This document shows positions 39,254 through 48,752 of a stretch of DNA of 64,000 nucleotides, piece after piece (positions within the stretch are counted from its first letter, which is position 1; each line of letters begins with the position of its first letter). The notes beneath the pieces are model-generated. The model was not told where the DNA came from. It searched no databases and saw only the letters and a list, made by a program, of their open reading frames with translations. The translations under genes and the position numbers were made by a program. Source of the DNA: Thermoplasmatales archaeon SW_10_69_26 (GTDB lineage: Archaea > Thermoplasmatota > SW-10-69-26); assembly GCA_003009755.1 (NCBI GenBank), contig PXUB01000022.1, forward strand, positions 1 through 64,000, written 5' to 3'.

Positions 39254-39673
39254 ATGGCTGCCCGCGAGCTCCGCCACGTCACACGGGAGACCCGCGAGGT
39301 CCTCGACCGATACCTGAGGGCGGCGATGGCCGCCGAAGACGCGCTCGACCTCTGCCTGGATGAGGATGGACCCGAGGGTGCCCAGGCCGCCGCGGTCTGC
39401 CGGGACGTCGCCGCCCTCGCCACGACGACGGCCCGACTGATGGCTCGAGGCTCGCCTCACCTCACCGGCGTGGCGGCAGCCTGCGCCGACGCGTGTTGGG
39501 TGGCCAACGACGCCCTCTCTCGGATCGACGCCGAGGAGCTGGACTGGTACGACGAGGTGTTCGGGCGGTGCGCCCACGCCTGCGAGACCCTCGCCGGGCA
39601 GGGCCCGGCCCGCGTCGACACCTCCGGAGACGTCCCCGACGAGGCCCCGCCCTGGTCGGGCGCCGGCGGCTAG
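39254..39673 (+). CDS. Four-helix-bundle Cys-rich protein (DUF326/Csp-like), degenerate
   Basis: CRDVA, ARLMARGSP, ACADAC, RCAHAC. Several expected Cys are replaced. Confidence 0.65.
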   Translation: MAARELRHVTRETREVLDRYLRAAMAAEDALDLCLDEDGPEGAQAAAVCRDVAALATTTARLMARGSPHLTGVAAACADACWVANDALSRIDAEELDWYDEVFGRCAHACETLAGQGPARVDTSGDVPDEAPPWSGAGG

Positions 39674-39754
39674 GGAGACGATCGATCCCCCGCGGCGGCG
39701 GGCGAGGGAAACCCTCACGCCTTTCCCTCACCTCTCCTGTCGAGTCACGCAGCC

Positions 39755-41024
39755 GTGGACGAGAGCATCGTCGACAGCGACGAGACCCTGCGCCATCCGC
39801 TCACGGCGCTGACCCTCGTCGTGGCGTTGACGATCCCGTGGACCGTCGCCCGCCTGACGGGAGCCGCCGGCAGCCTGCCGACGGTCGCGGTGATCGCGCT
39901 CAGCGGCACCGCCGTGCTCGGCGCCGCCTTCGTGCTAACCTGGGCGGCCGAAACCGCCGAGAAGGACGTCCCGCGCGCCTTCGCGCTCGCCGTCCTCGCC
40001 GTCATCGCGGTGGCGCCCGAGTACGCCGTGGACGCGCTCTACGCCTGGGAAGCCGGCCTCGTCCCCGGCTCGCCGGCCTCGGAGGCCGCCGCCGACCTCG
40101 CCGTCGCCAACATGACCGGCGCCAACCGGATCCTGATCGGTCTCGGCTGGTCCGGCATCGCGCTGTACGCGATCTACCGCGCCATGAAGAACCCCGACCA
40201 GGCCGTCGAGCGCCGCGAGGGCCTGCTTACCGACCAGGTCCGCCTCAACGACCGGATCAGCATCGAGCTGATCTTCCTCGCCATCGCGACGGTCTACGCC
40301 TTCTTCATCCCGTTCAACGACGGCATCGACGTCTTCGACGCCCTGTTCCTCGTCGGGCTGTACGTCACCTACATCGCCGTCATCTTGAAGGGCGACGCCG
40401 GCGAGGAGACCCACCTGGGCGTCCCCGGCTACCTGCAAGGGTTAGCCCGGGGTCCACGCATCGCCTCCGTGCTGGCGCTGTTCGCCTTCTCCGCGTTCGT
40501 CATCCTGATCGCCGTCAAGCCCTTCGCCAAGGGCCTGGAGACGTTGGGGCCGATGATCGGGCTCTCCTCGTTCTTCATGATCCAGTGGGTCGCCCCGCTG
40601 GCCAGCGAGAGCCCCGAGTTCATCGCGACCGCCTACCTCGTCCGCAAGGCCCGCACCACCGCCTCGTTCAACACGCTGATCTCCTCGAAGCTGAACCAGT
40701 GGACGCTGCTCATCGGGACGCTGGTCATCGTCTACAGCTTCTCCCTGGGCTACTACGACTCCCTGTCCTTCAGCGCCCGCCAGGCCGGCGAGATTTGGCT
40801 GACGGCCGCCCAGAGCTTCTTCGCCGTCGTCCTCCTCGTCGACCTCACGATCAGCATCCCACCCGTACTTCCACACCTACGAGGGCCTGCTCGTCGTCTC
40901 GGGCATCTACCTCGTCATCGGGCTGGGCCTGCTCGTGGCCCGCCTGGGCCACCTCCCGGACCTGTGGGCCAAAGCCCGAGATCACGCCAGCGAGGACCAG
41001 AGCTCGCCACCCCACGAAGGCTAA
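39755..41024 (+). pseudogene. Na+/Ca2+ (CaCA) antiporter with a frameshift near the 3' end
   Basis: PEYAVD, ANMTGANR, PLASESPE, SSKLNQWTLL. At about 40860 the frame becomes non-hydrophobic, while another frame encodes the last TM (GLLVVSGIYLVIGLGLLV) to TAA at 41024. Confidence 0.75.
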
Positions 41025-41079
41025 CCCGGCGAGTTCGACCCCACCTTGATGCCGGCTGAGCCCCTACGTCGAGGCAACC

Positions 41080-41751
41080 ATGGCCGAACGAACGCCCACG
41101 ATCCACGTCTTCTTCGACTACGTGTGCCCGTACGCCTACATCGGCAAGCACCGGGCCGATGCCCTCCAGCGCGAGTACGACGTCGAGATCAACTACCTGC
41201 CCTGGGAGATCCATCCGAACGCCATCCCCGAGGGCCGCGAGATCGATCACGAGCCGCCCGAGGCCAGCCGAGACTACCTGCAGCGGCTCGCCGACGAGGT
41301 CGACACCGACATCGAGGGGCCCGACGTCTCGATCAACGCCAACCTGGCGCTACGCGGCGCCCTGTACGCCCGGGACCAGGGCGACGACGTCTTCCAAGCC
41401 TACCACAGCGAGGCCTTCGAGGCCGTCTGGAGCCGCGGCGAGAACCTCGGCGACCGCGACGTGCTCGCCGACGTGGTCGACGAGGCCGGCCTCGAGGTGG
41501 AGACCTTCTTCGAGCAGATCGACCACCACAGCTACCAGTGGCGGCTCGACCGCATCGACGATGTCGCCCAGAACGACGTCGGCGTCACGCGCGTACCCAC
41601 GTTCGTCTTCGGCGACCAGCGCATCGTCGGCAACGACCCCTTCGAGCCCTCCCTCAAGCGCCCCCTCGAGGCCCACCTCGAGCGCCGCAAGACGCTCGGC
41701 GAGGGGACCTCGACCCTCGAGGCCGATCTCGGCATCGGCCGTCTCGGCTAA
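41080..41751 (+). CDS. DsbA/FrnE-family oxidoreductase
   Basis: FDYVCPYAYIG (CxxA variant), WEIHP, GVTRVPTFVF. Confidence 0.88.
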   Translation: MAERTPTIHVFFDYVCPYAYIGKHRADALQREYDVEINYLPWEIHPNAIPEGREIDHEPPEASRDYLQRLADEVDTDIEGPDVSINANLALRGALYARDQGDDVFQAYHSEAFEAVWSRGENLGDRDVLADVVDEAGLEVETFFEQIDHHSYQWRLDRIDDVAQNDVGVTRVPTFVFGDQRIVGNDPFEPSLKRPLEAHLERRKTLGEGTSTLEADLGIGRLG

Positions 41752-42085
41752 GCGGCGCCGAGGTTGCCGACGGGCGGTCCGTGAGAGGTGAAGGGAACCG
41801 CGGGGCCCCACCAGGGACCCCGCGGGTGGTGGTGTCGTCGCCATCACGGGTGCCCGAGCCGACGGCAGGCTGGCGGTCTCGCCAGCAGGCCGCTCCGCTC
41901 GAACCCCGCGCCAGCGCCGCCACCCCCGACCGTGGAGCCCGGCGCCCGCTGCGTGTGCGACGACACCATCCCCAACTTCGTGCCCGGTCGGTATCAAGCA
42001 TTGTGGTGGCGCGCGTGGAACCAGCCCCGAGCGCGCAGCTCGAGCCACGCGGAAGCCTTTAGGTCACCGTCGCCTTGCTGGACGC

Positions 42086-43354
42086 GTGACGGGGACCAGC
42101 GTCATCATCGGCGCCCAGTACGGCGACGAGGGCAAGGGCAAGATCACCGACGTCCTGGCCGCGGACGCGGACGTCGTCGCCCGGTTCCAGGGCGGCAACA
42201 ACGCCGGCCACACCGTCGTCGTCGGGAACACCGAGCACAGCCTGCACCTGGTGCCCTCCGGCATCCTCCGCGAGGACGTGACCGCCGTCCTCGGCAACGG
42301 GACCGTGATCGACCCGGTGGCGCTCGTCGAGGAGATCGAGGGCCTGCAAGCAGACGACGCGCTCAGCGGCGAGCTCGTCGTCGCCGACAACGCCCACGTC
42401 GTCTTCCCCCACCACCGCGAGCTCGACGCCGCCCACGAGGAGGGCGAGGACGCGATCGGGACCACCAAGCGCGGCATCGGGCCCACCTACGCCTCCAAGA
42501 TGTCCCGCTTCAACGCCCGCATCGGCGACCTCGTCCGCTCCGGGCCCGACGGCGGGACGATGGAGCGCGCCCTGCGCGGCCTCGAACGCCGCTGCAAGGC
42601 CGAGGGCGTCGAGGCGCCCAGTCGCGACGAGATCCGCGAGTGGTTCGACAGCTGGCGCGACACGCTGGCGCCCCACATCGACAACGCCAGCGCCCGCCTG
42701 CTGGATGCCGCCGAGGGCGATCAGACCCTCGTCCTCGAGGGCGCCCAGGGCTCCCTGCTCGACATCGACCACGGCACCTACCCCTTCGTCACCTCCAGCT
42801 CGACGACCGCCGGCGGCGCCGCCACCGGCACCGGGCTGCCCCCGACCGCCATCGACGAGGTCGTCGGCATCGCCAAGGCCTACGTCTCCCGCGTCGGCGA
42901 CGGCCCGTTCCCGACCGAGCTCGACGACGAGGTGGCCGACCACTTGGTCGAGGTCGGCAACGAGTACGGCACCACGACCGGGCGCCGACGCCGCGTCGGC
43001 TGGCTGGACCTCGTGTCCCTGCGATGGACGGCCCGCGTCAACGGGTTCACCAGCCTCGCGTTGACGAACGTCGACGTGCTCGAGGGCCTCGACGAGGTCA
43101 AGGTCTGCACCGCCTACGAGCTCGACGGCGAACGCCGCACGCGCCCGCCGCCGTCCGCCAGCCAACTGGCCGAGGCCCAGCCCGTGCTCGAGGCGATCGA
43201 GGGCACCTTTGCCGACGCCGGCGAGGCCGACGCCTTCCGCGAGCTGCCGCCGGGCGCGCAGAACCTCGTCGAGCGCGTCGAGGAAGCCATCGACGTGCCC
43301 GTCGACATCGTCTCCAACGGTCCCCACCGCCGGGACACGATCGACCGTACGTGA
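42086..43354 (+). CDS. purA: Adenylosuccinate synthetase
   Basis: GAQYGDEGKGK, QGGNNAGHT, GTTKRGIGPTY, EGAQGSLLDIDHGTYPFVTSS, EYGTTTGRRRRVGWLD. Confidence 0.98.
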   Translation: MTGTSVIIGAQYGDEGKGKITDVLAADADVVARFQGGNNAGHTVVVGNTEHSLHLVPSGILREDVTAVLGNGTVIDPVALVEEIEGLQADDALSGELVVADNAHVVFPHHRELDAAHEEGEDAIGTTKRGIGPTYASKMSRFNARIGDLVRSGPDGGTMERALRGLERRCKAEGVEAPSRDEIREWFDSWRDTLAPHIDNASARLLDAAEGDQTLVLEGAQGSLLDIDHGTYPFVTSSSTTAGGAATGTGLPPTAIDEVVGIAKAYVSRVGDGPFPTELDDEVADHLVEVGNEYGTTTGRRRRVGWLDLVSLRWTARVNGFTSLALTNVDVLEGLDEVKVCTAYELDGERRTRPPPSASQLAEAQPVLEAIEGTFADAGEADAFRELPPGAQNLVERVEEAIDVPVDIVSNGPHRRDTIDRT

Positions 43355-43679
43355 GCGAGCCGCGCGCGGGGAGCCCCCGCGCTTGGATGAGGCTGTGTCA
43401 CGGTCGTGACAGGCCACCCTTGATGAGGGGCTAGATATAGCGGGGGGTCAGCGGGAGACGTCAGGCGCCGCACGTCCGCTCAGCCCCCCACCCTTTCCCC
43501 CCGCGGCACCGATCGGCTTTCCCCCGCCGAAGCCCTGGCGTCTTCCCCTTCTCCCTCTCGTCGACCAGGGTCGGTGCCGGCACCTCAGCATCTAGGAGAC
43601 GCGGAGGGGTTGAGGGTCTGTCCATCCGCCGGGAAGCGTGGGATTCATGCCGACACGGGGTGAACCTTTTGTACAGCGG

Positions 43680-43694
43680 CAAAATGCTTAAATA
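43680..43694 (+). promoter_or_regulatory. BRE/TATA promoter of the gar1-tfb operon
   Basis: CAAAATGCTTAAATA within a conspicuous AT-rich patch 55-70 bp upstream of the gar1 ATG. Confidence 0.55.
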
Positions 43695-43748
43695 CAACCT
43701 GTTTCTTATGTTAAAGATACCCCGAACCGTCCCCGGGCGAGCCCTCTC

Positions 43749-44012
43749 ATGTCCACACACACCACCCGTGACCTGCCCCCTGTCGGCACCGTGCTACGCC
43801 CTGCCCCCGACGGCGACCTGCTCGTCGAATCCGACGGCGAGCCGGTCGAACCGGGCACGCGGTGCGAGACCGACAGCGGCCGGATCGCAGGAACCGTGGA
43901 GGACGTGATCGGGCCCGTCGACCAACCCTTCCTCGTGGTCTCCCTCCCGGGAGATGCCGAGGGAGCCTCTGATCTCGAAGAGCTCGCCGGTACGCGGCTC
44001 TACCCAAGGTGA
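43749..44012 (+). CDS. gar1: Gar1/Naf1-family H/ACA RNP protein
   Basis: [17 protein letters not shown] motif. Archaeal gar1-tfb synteny. Confidence 0.8.
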   Translation: MSTHTTRDLPPVGTVLRPAPDGDLLVESDGEPVEPGTRCETDSGRIAGTVEDVIGPVDQPFLVVSLPGDAEGASDLEELAGTRLYPR

Positions 44013-44016
44013 TACC

Positions 44017-44964
44017 ATGAGCCAAGAAGAGCAACCCGCTGACATGGACGACGTCGAGGAGATCAACGAGTGCCCGGAATGCGGATCCGAGCACCTCACC
44101 CAGGACTACGAGCGAGGTGAGCTGATCTGCGAGACGTGTGGCCTCGTCCTCGACGAGACGTACATCGACCAAGGGCCCGAGTGGCGGGCCTTCGACGCCG
44201 AGCAGCGGGAGAAACGCGCACGCGTCGGTGCGCCGATGACGTACACGATCCACGACAAGGGCCTGTCGACCGAGATCGGCTGGCGTAACAAGGACTCCTA
44301 CGGGAAGAACATCCCCACGAAGTCCCGCGCCCAGCTGTACCGGCTGCGTAAGTGGCAACGCCGCATCCGCGTCTCCAACGCCACCGAGCGCAACCTCGCC
44401 TTCGCTCTGTCCGAGCTGGACCGCATGGCCTCGCGGATGGGGCTCCCGCGCAACGTGCGCGAGACCGCCGCGATGATCTACCGCCGCGCCGTCCAGAAGA
44501 ACCTGATCCGCGGCCGCTCGATCGAGGGCGTCGCCGCCGCGAGCCTGTACGCTGCCTGCCGGCAGTGCAACGTGCCGCGCACCCTCGACGAGATCGCCGA
44601 GGCCTCGCGCGTCTCGCGCAAGGAGATCGGCCGCACCTACCGGTTCATCGCCCGCGAGCTCAAGCTCAAGCTGTTGCCCACGAGCCCGACGGACTACATC
44701 CCGCGGTTCTGCAGCGAGCTCAAGCTCTCTGGCGAGATCCAGGCCAAGGCGGTCGAGATCCTCAAGCAGGCGGCCGACAAGGAGCTCACCAGCGGCCGAG
44801 GCCCCACCGGCGTCGCCGCCGCGGCCCTCTACATCGCCTCGATCCTGTGCGGTGAGCGCCGCACGCAGCGCGAGGTCGCCGACGTCGCCGGCGTGACCGA
44901 AGTGACGATTCGGAACCGCTACAAGGAATTGGCTGAGAAGCTGGACATTGACATCATCCTGTAG
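44017..44964 (+). CDS. tfb: Transcription initiation factor IIB
   Basis: [17 protein letters not shown] Zn ribbon, GPEWRAF, HDKGLST, RLRKWQ, two cyclin repeats, [12 protein letters not shown]. Confidence 0.99.
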   Translation: MSQEEQPADMDDVEEINECPECGSEHLTQDYERGELICETCGLVLDETYIDQGPEWRAFDAEQREKRARVGAPMTYTIHDKGLSTEIGWRNKDSYGKNIPTKSRAQLYRLRKWQRRIRVSNATERNLAFALSELDRMASRMGLPRNVRETAAMIYRRAVQKNLIRGRSIEGVAAASLYAACRQCNVPRTLDEIAEASRVSRKEIGRTYRFIARELKLKLLPTSPTDYIPRFCSELKLSGEIQAKAVEILKQAADKELTSGRGPTGVAAAALYIASILCGERRTQREVADVAGVTEVTIRNRYKELAEKLDIDIIL

Positions 44965-45130
44965 AGGGATCACAGCTTCGAAGCCTCGGCGGTAGCGGTT
45001 CCGAAGAGTACGGGTCCGTCAGGACCCGTACGAATCTGGAGACGACCAGGGTCAGCCGTGTCAAGGTCGTCTCCAGAGTAACCGCTACAAGGAATTGGCT
45101 GAGAAGCTGGACATCGACATCATCCTGTAA
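44914..45130 (+). repeat. 51-bp direct repeat of the tfb 3' end (att-like), copies at 44914-44964 and 45080-45130
   Basis: 49/51 identical. Both differences are synonymous (ATT/ATC, TAG/TAA) and both copies encode [16 protein letters not shown]. Confidence 0.95.
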
Positions 45131-45342
45131 GCGCGACGACGACCGCACGCGCTTGCAGGAGAGTACGAACGGCGCGACGTCCACGAGCGCGCGCCGTTCG
45201 TACGAATCGCCAGCGTCGTTAGCCCGGGAGCTACCGTGCGGGCTCGACGCTGGCGAGAGCCCGAACCGGCACCGGAGGCACGGTTCGGGCGAATCGCGGG
45301 CATCGCTAGCTCGGTCGATACCGTGCGAGATCGATGCTCGCG
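45006..45342 (+). repeat. Array of structurally repeated hairpin pairs (GA-hairpin A-GAA-hairpin B) x3
   Basis: Stems at 45008-45031, 45035-45077, 45163-45203, 45207-45256, 45259-45290 and 45295-45342. CCGTG lies in every B loop. Confidence 0.85.
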
Positions 45343-45537
45343 CCTTGGTTCTCCTCGTCACCGGGCCCGCATCGTCGGCCAACGACGGTTCTCGCAGTGG
45401 TCGGCACCCCTGGCCTGGCGGGCAGTCCCCACCGGGCGGAGTGAGGTCGGGGCCGAGGACGCGTCATCGGTCGGCGATCGGCACCTCCACGTTCCCGGCG
45501 GAGAGAGCTTAACGGTGAGCCCGCCGGCACGGGAACC

Positions 45538-45843
45538 GTGGACATCGCCATCCTCTCGCTTCACGTGGAGATGTGGATCGCCGTAACGGGCAGCATCACG
45601 CTGGCGGTGTTCAGTGGCATCTTCGCCGCGCTCGGTTACGGCGTCCACGAGATCCGTAAGGTCAGGAACCTCATCCACGAACGGAAGATCGAGCACGAGT
45701 CGCTGCGTCGAGAGATCGAAGGCGAGCTGGCCATCCGAGATCTGGAAGAGCCACCGGGCGAGCCGAACGTTGAAGATGGAGGAGCAACAACCGTAGGGGG
45801 AGATGGTCCCCCGCCCGAGGGGGACGACAGCGAGGGTCCCTGA
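45538..45843 (+). CDS. Small single-TM hypothetical protein
   Basis: N-terminal TM, coiled segment and acidic tail. TGATG-coupled to the next ORF. Confidence 0.55.
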   Translation: MDIAILSLHVEMWIAVTGSITLAVFSGIFAALGYGVHEIRKVRNLIHERKIEHESLRREIEGELAIRDLEEPPGEPNVEDGGATTVGGDGPPPEGDDSEGP

Positions 45844-46046
45844 TGGCGTACCGGTTGCAACGAGAGGAGTTGGACCGGGTCCGCGAGCTCCTCGACCAAC
45901 TGCGTCGGCGGGAGGGTTTCGGGGAACGTGAGCGACAGGAGCTGCGGTCGCTCCTTTCCAAACGAGATGCTCGCGTCGAGTCCATGCGTCTCCACACGCT
46001 CGTCCGCTTCGCGAAGAAGCTCCTCGATCAGCGCGAAGCAAGATAG
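45843..46046 (+). CDS. Small basic helical hypothetical protein
   Basis: 67 aa, translationally coupled to the upstream ORF. Confidence 0.5.
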   Translation: MAYRLQREELDRVRELLDQLRRREGFGERERQELRSLLSKRDARVESMRLHTLVRFAKKLLDQREAR

Positions 46047-46056
46047 AAGCGGACCG

Positions 46057-46435
46057 TCAGCTCCATCCCAGGCCGCCAGCGGGCCACCGCCTGGCCTGCC
46101 AGCCCGCAGGCCGTCCATCCGCGTCCTGGTCATCTTCCGGTCTTGATCCCCGCCACGCCTTGACGTCCGTGAAAGTCGGCTCCTCGGTGCAAAGCGGGTA
46201 GAGCGTGTCGACGAAGGCCTCGACGTGGTCGCTGGTGCGGGGGGCCTCCTTGGCGGCTTCGTTCTCGAACGCCATCACGTGGGTGAACCGGGTCGGCGTC
46301 TGCTGATCCTGGTAGGAGGTGTAGGTGAGGGGTCCCCGGCTCCTCCTCGACCGCGTCGACGAACGTGCGGATGGCAGCCACCGCCTCGTCGATCGCCTCC
46401 CCCCGGACCTCGAAGCGGGCGATCTTCCGGATCAC
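46057..46435 (-). pseudogene. Frameshifted ABM/putative quinol monooxygenase
   Basis: IRKIARFEV..EEEPGT continues in another frame as LTYTSYQD..RFTHVMAFENEAA..FVDTLYPLC. The shift is at a C4 run near 46330. Confidence 0.7.
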
Positions 46436-46569
46436 ACCGCCGGGGATGGCAGAGCCGGTGGGAGAAGCTTGCCCCCGACGCAGACATGCGCCTCTTCGCG
46501 AGGCCCGCGAGCGGAGAGCCGGAGACGTCGAACGCTGGCCCTTTCCCGGGGTCGATGCAATGTCGGCGC

Positions 46570-47520
46570 GTGGACGGCCAGGCCTCCCGCTCCGTCGCCA
46601 TCGTCGGCGCCAACCGTCCCCTTCGCTCGACAGAACACCGCCTACCACGACCTGTCGAACCAGGAGATGCCGACCGACACCCTGCAAGGCCTCGTCGACC
46701 GCTGCGGGCTCGAGGGCGAGCGCCTGGGGGAGGTCGCCGGCGGCACCGTGATGAAGCACGCCCGCGATTTCAACCTCGTCCGCGAGTCCGTGCTCGGGAC
46801 GACCCTGGACCCGCACACCCCGGCCTACGACGTCCAGCAGGCTTGCGGGACAGGGCTCGAGACGGCGGTCCTCGTGGCCAACAAGATCGAGCTCGGACAG
46901 ATCGAGGTAGCCGTCGCCTGCGGCACGGACACGACCAGCGACATGCTGGTCAGCGTCAGCGAGGACAGCAGCGGGCCCTGATGGACCTCGCCGACGCGAA
47001 GGGTCCACGACAGCAGCTGAAGGCGCTCGCGGGCGTGTTGAACCCGGCCCACCGCCTCCCGGAGATCCCCGAGAACGCCGAGCCACGCACCGGCATGTCG
47101 ATGGGCGAGCACGCCCAGCGCACCGCCGACGGCTACGGCATCACGCAAGAGGAGATGGGCGAGCTCGCCGTCGCCAGCCACCACAACCTGGCCGAGGGCT
47201 ACGACGAGGGCTTCTTCGACGATCTGGTGATGCCCTACGAGGGCCCGGCACGCTCACGGCCGCCAACTCCTCGCCGCTCACCGACGGCGCCAGCTCGGTG
47301 CTGCTCGCCAGCCAGGCCTGGGCCGAGGAGCACGACCGGCCGGTGTGGGCCTGCCTCGTCGACGCCGAGACCGGCGCCAGCGACTACGTCGACGGCGAGG
47401 GGGGCCTGCTGATGGCGCCCGCGCTCGACGCCGTGCCCCGGCTGCTCGAGCGCAACGACCTCACGCTGGAGAGCTTCACCCTCGTCGAGGTCCACGAGGC
47501 CTTCGCCAGCGTCGTCCTCT
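46570..47520 (+). pseudogene. Decayed acetyl-CoA C-acyltransferase (thiolase, FadI/FadA2-like)
   Basis: Fragments in different frames: VAIVGANR; FARQN..QQACGTGLE; EPRTGMSMGEH; NSSPLTDGASSVLL..EVHEAFA. Internal deletions, and the C-terminus is missing. Confidence 0.85.
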
Positions 47521-47627
47521 GTCCCCGCGATCCTCGAAGCCAAGGGCCAGGCCCGCCGCTCCGCCGCGCCCGCCGCGGCCCGCTCGCGACCCCCACATTC
47601 TTCTCCCCGACCCTCCTCGCCTCGCTG

Positions 47628-48164
47628 ATGAGCTCGGCCCGCATCGAGCTGCGCTCGGCCCGCCCCGAGGAGACCGAGGCGATCGCCTCGCTCGTCAACG
47701 ACGCCTACGGCCGCACGCCGACCGAGAGCGGCTGGACCAGCGAGGACGACATCCTCGAGGGCCCGCGCGTCCAGGCGGCGGACCTCGAGGCGATGATCGA
47801 CGAGGACGACGCTCGGCTGCTCGTCGCCGAGAGCGACGACGGCGAGGAGCTCGTCGGCTGCGTCCACCTGCAGCGGATCGACGGGGGCGCCGTCGAGCTG
47901 GGGCTGTTCTGCGTGCGCCCCCACCGCCAGAACGGCGGCCTCGGCCAGCAGATGCTCGCCGCCGCCGAGGAGGCGGCCATCCGCGAGTTCGGCGCCGAGC
48001 GCATCGTGCTGAAGGTCATCACCGAGCGGACCGAGCTGCTCGACTGGTACGACCGCCGCGGCTACGAGCGCACCGGCGAGACGAAGACGTTCGAGCCCGA
48101 GGCGCCCCAGCGGTCGCTGGTCGGCGAGCTGGCGTTCGAGGTGTTGGAGAAGCGCGTGGCCTGA
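47628..48164 (+). CDS. GNAT N-acetyltransferase
   Basis: LVNDAY..GWTSE, LGLFCVRPHRQNGGLG, VITERTELLDWYDRRGY. Confidence 0.9.
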   Translation: MSSARIELRSARPEETEAIASLVNDAYGRTPTESGWTSEDDILEGPRVQAADLEAMIDEDDARLLVAESDDGEELVGCVHLQRIDGGAVELGLFCVRPHRQNGGLGQQMLAAAEEAAIREFGAERIVLKVITERTELLDWYDRRGYERTGETKTFEPEAPQRSLVGELAFEVLEKRVA

Positions 48165-48358
48165 CGACGGCAGCCGGAACGATCGCAGGGCATCGAAGAG
48201 AAGCTGAGGGAGAGCGAGATCCAGAGAGTCCGGCGCCGGGACGCCCGCCCGGGGGATAGAGCGCGGGCCCCGTGCGCCGTCGCCCCTGGTACGCGGTGGC
48301 ATGGGTGGGATGGAGGAAAGGGTTGCGTTGTCACGGGCGGGAGAGGCTCGTAGCCCAC

Positions 48359-48709
48359 CTATCCGCGGGCCAGGTCCTCCCCGAAATACCGCTCCCAGTG
48401 CTCCTCACACCCCTGGTTGAAGCTTTGCCCGCACTCTGGACACGCGTGCTCGCTCCCGACGTATTCCTCGATGCTCATCGTCGCATGACACGCGCCGCAC
48501 AGCACGGCGTGCTCGTCGACCTCGCCTGACCCCCAGGTCTCCGTGGCGTGGTCGGTCGACTCGTCGTGGCAGGCGCGGCACGGGTACCAGTCGCCGCAGC
48601 AGGCGAACTTGAACGCGACGACGTCGCGCTCGCTGGCGTAGTGCTCGCAGCGCGTCTCGTCGTCGATCGTCGCGCCCTGCACCTCGATGTCGTCGCCGCG
48701 TTCGCTCAT
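48359..48709 (-). CDS. CHY zinc-finger protein
   Basis: ETRCEHY, KFACC..YPCRACH, VLCGAC, CPECGQSFNQGC..H. Confidence 0.92.
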   Translation of the reverse strand: MSERGDDIEVQGATIDDETRCEHYASERDVVAFKFACCGDWYPCRACHDESTDHATETWGSGEVDEHAVLCGACHATMSIEEYVGSEHACPECGQSFNQGCEEHWERYFGEDLARG

Positions 48710-48752
48710 CGTCGCTCCTGCTCGGCGCGTTTGCGGTGCCCGCTTTCCTGCG

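Noticed and set aside
44992-45088. Canonical hammerhead ribozyme call
   Set aside because: The topology is similar, but the core reads CCGAAGA/GAAT/AGT rather than CUGAnGA/GAAA/UH. Kept only as a hypothesis.
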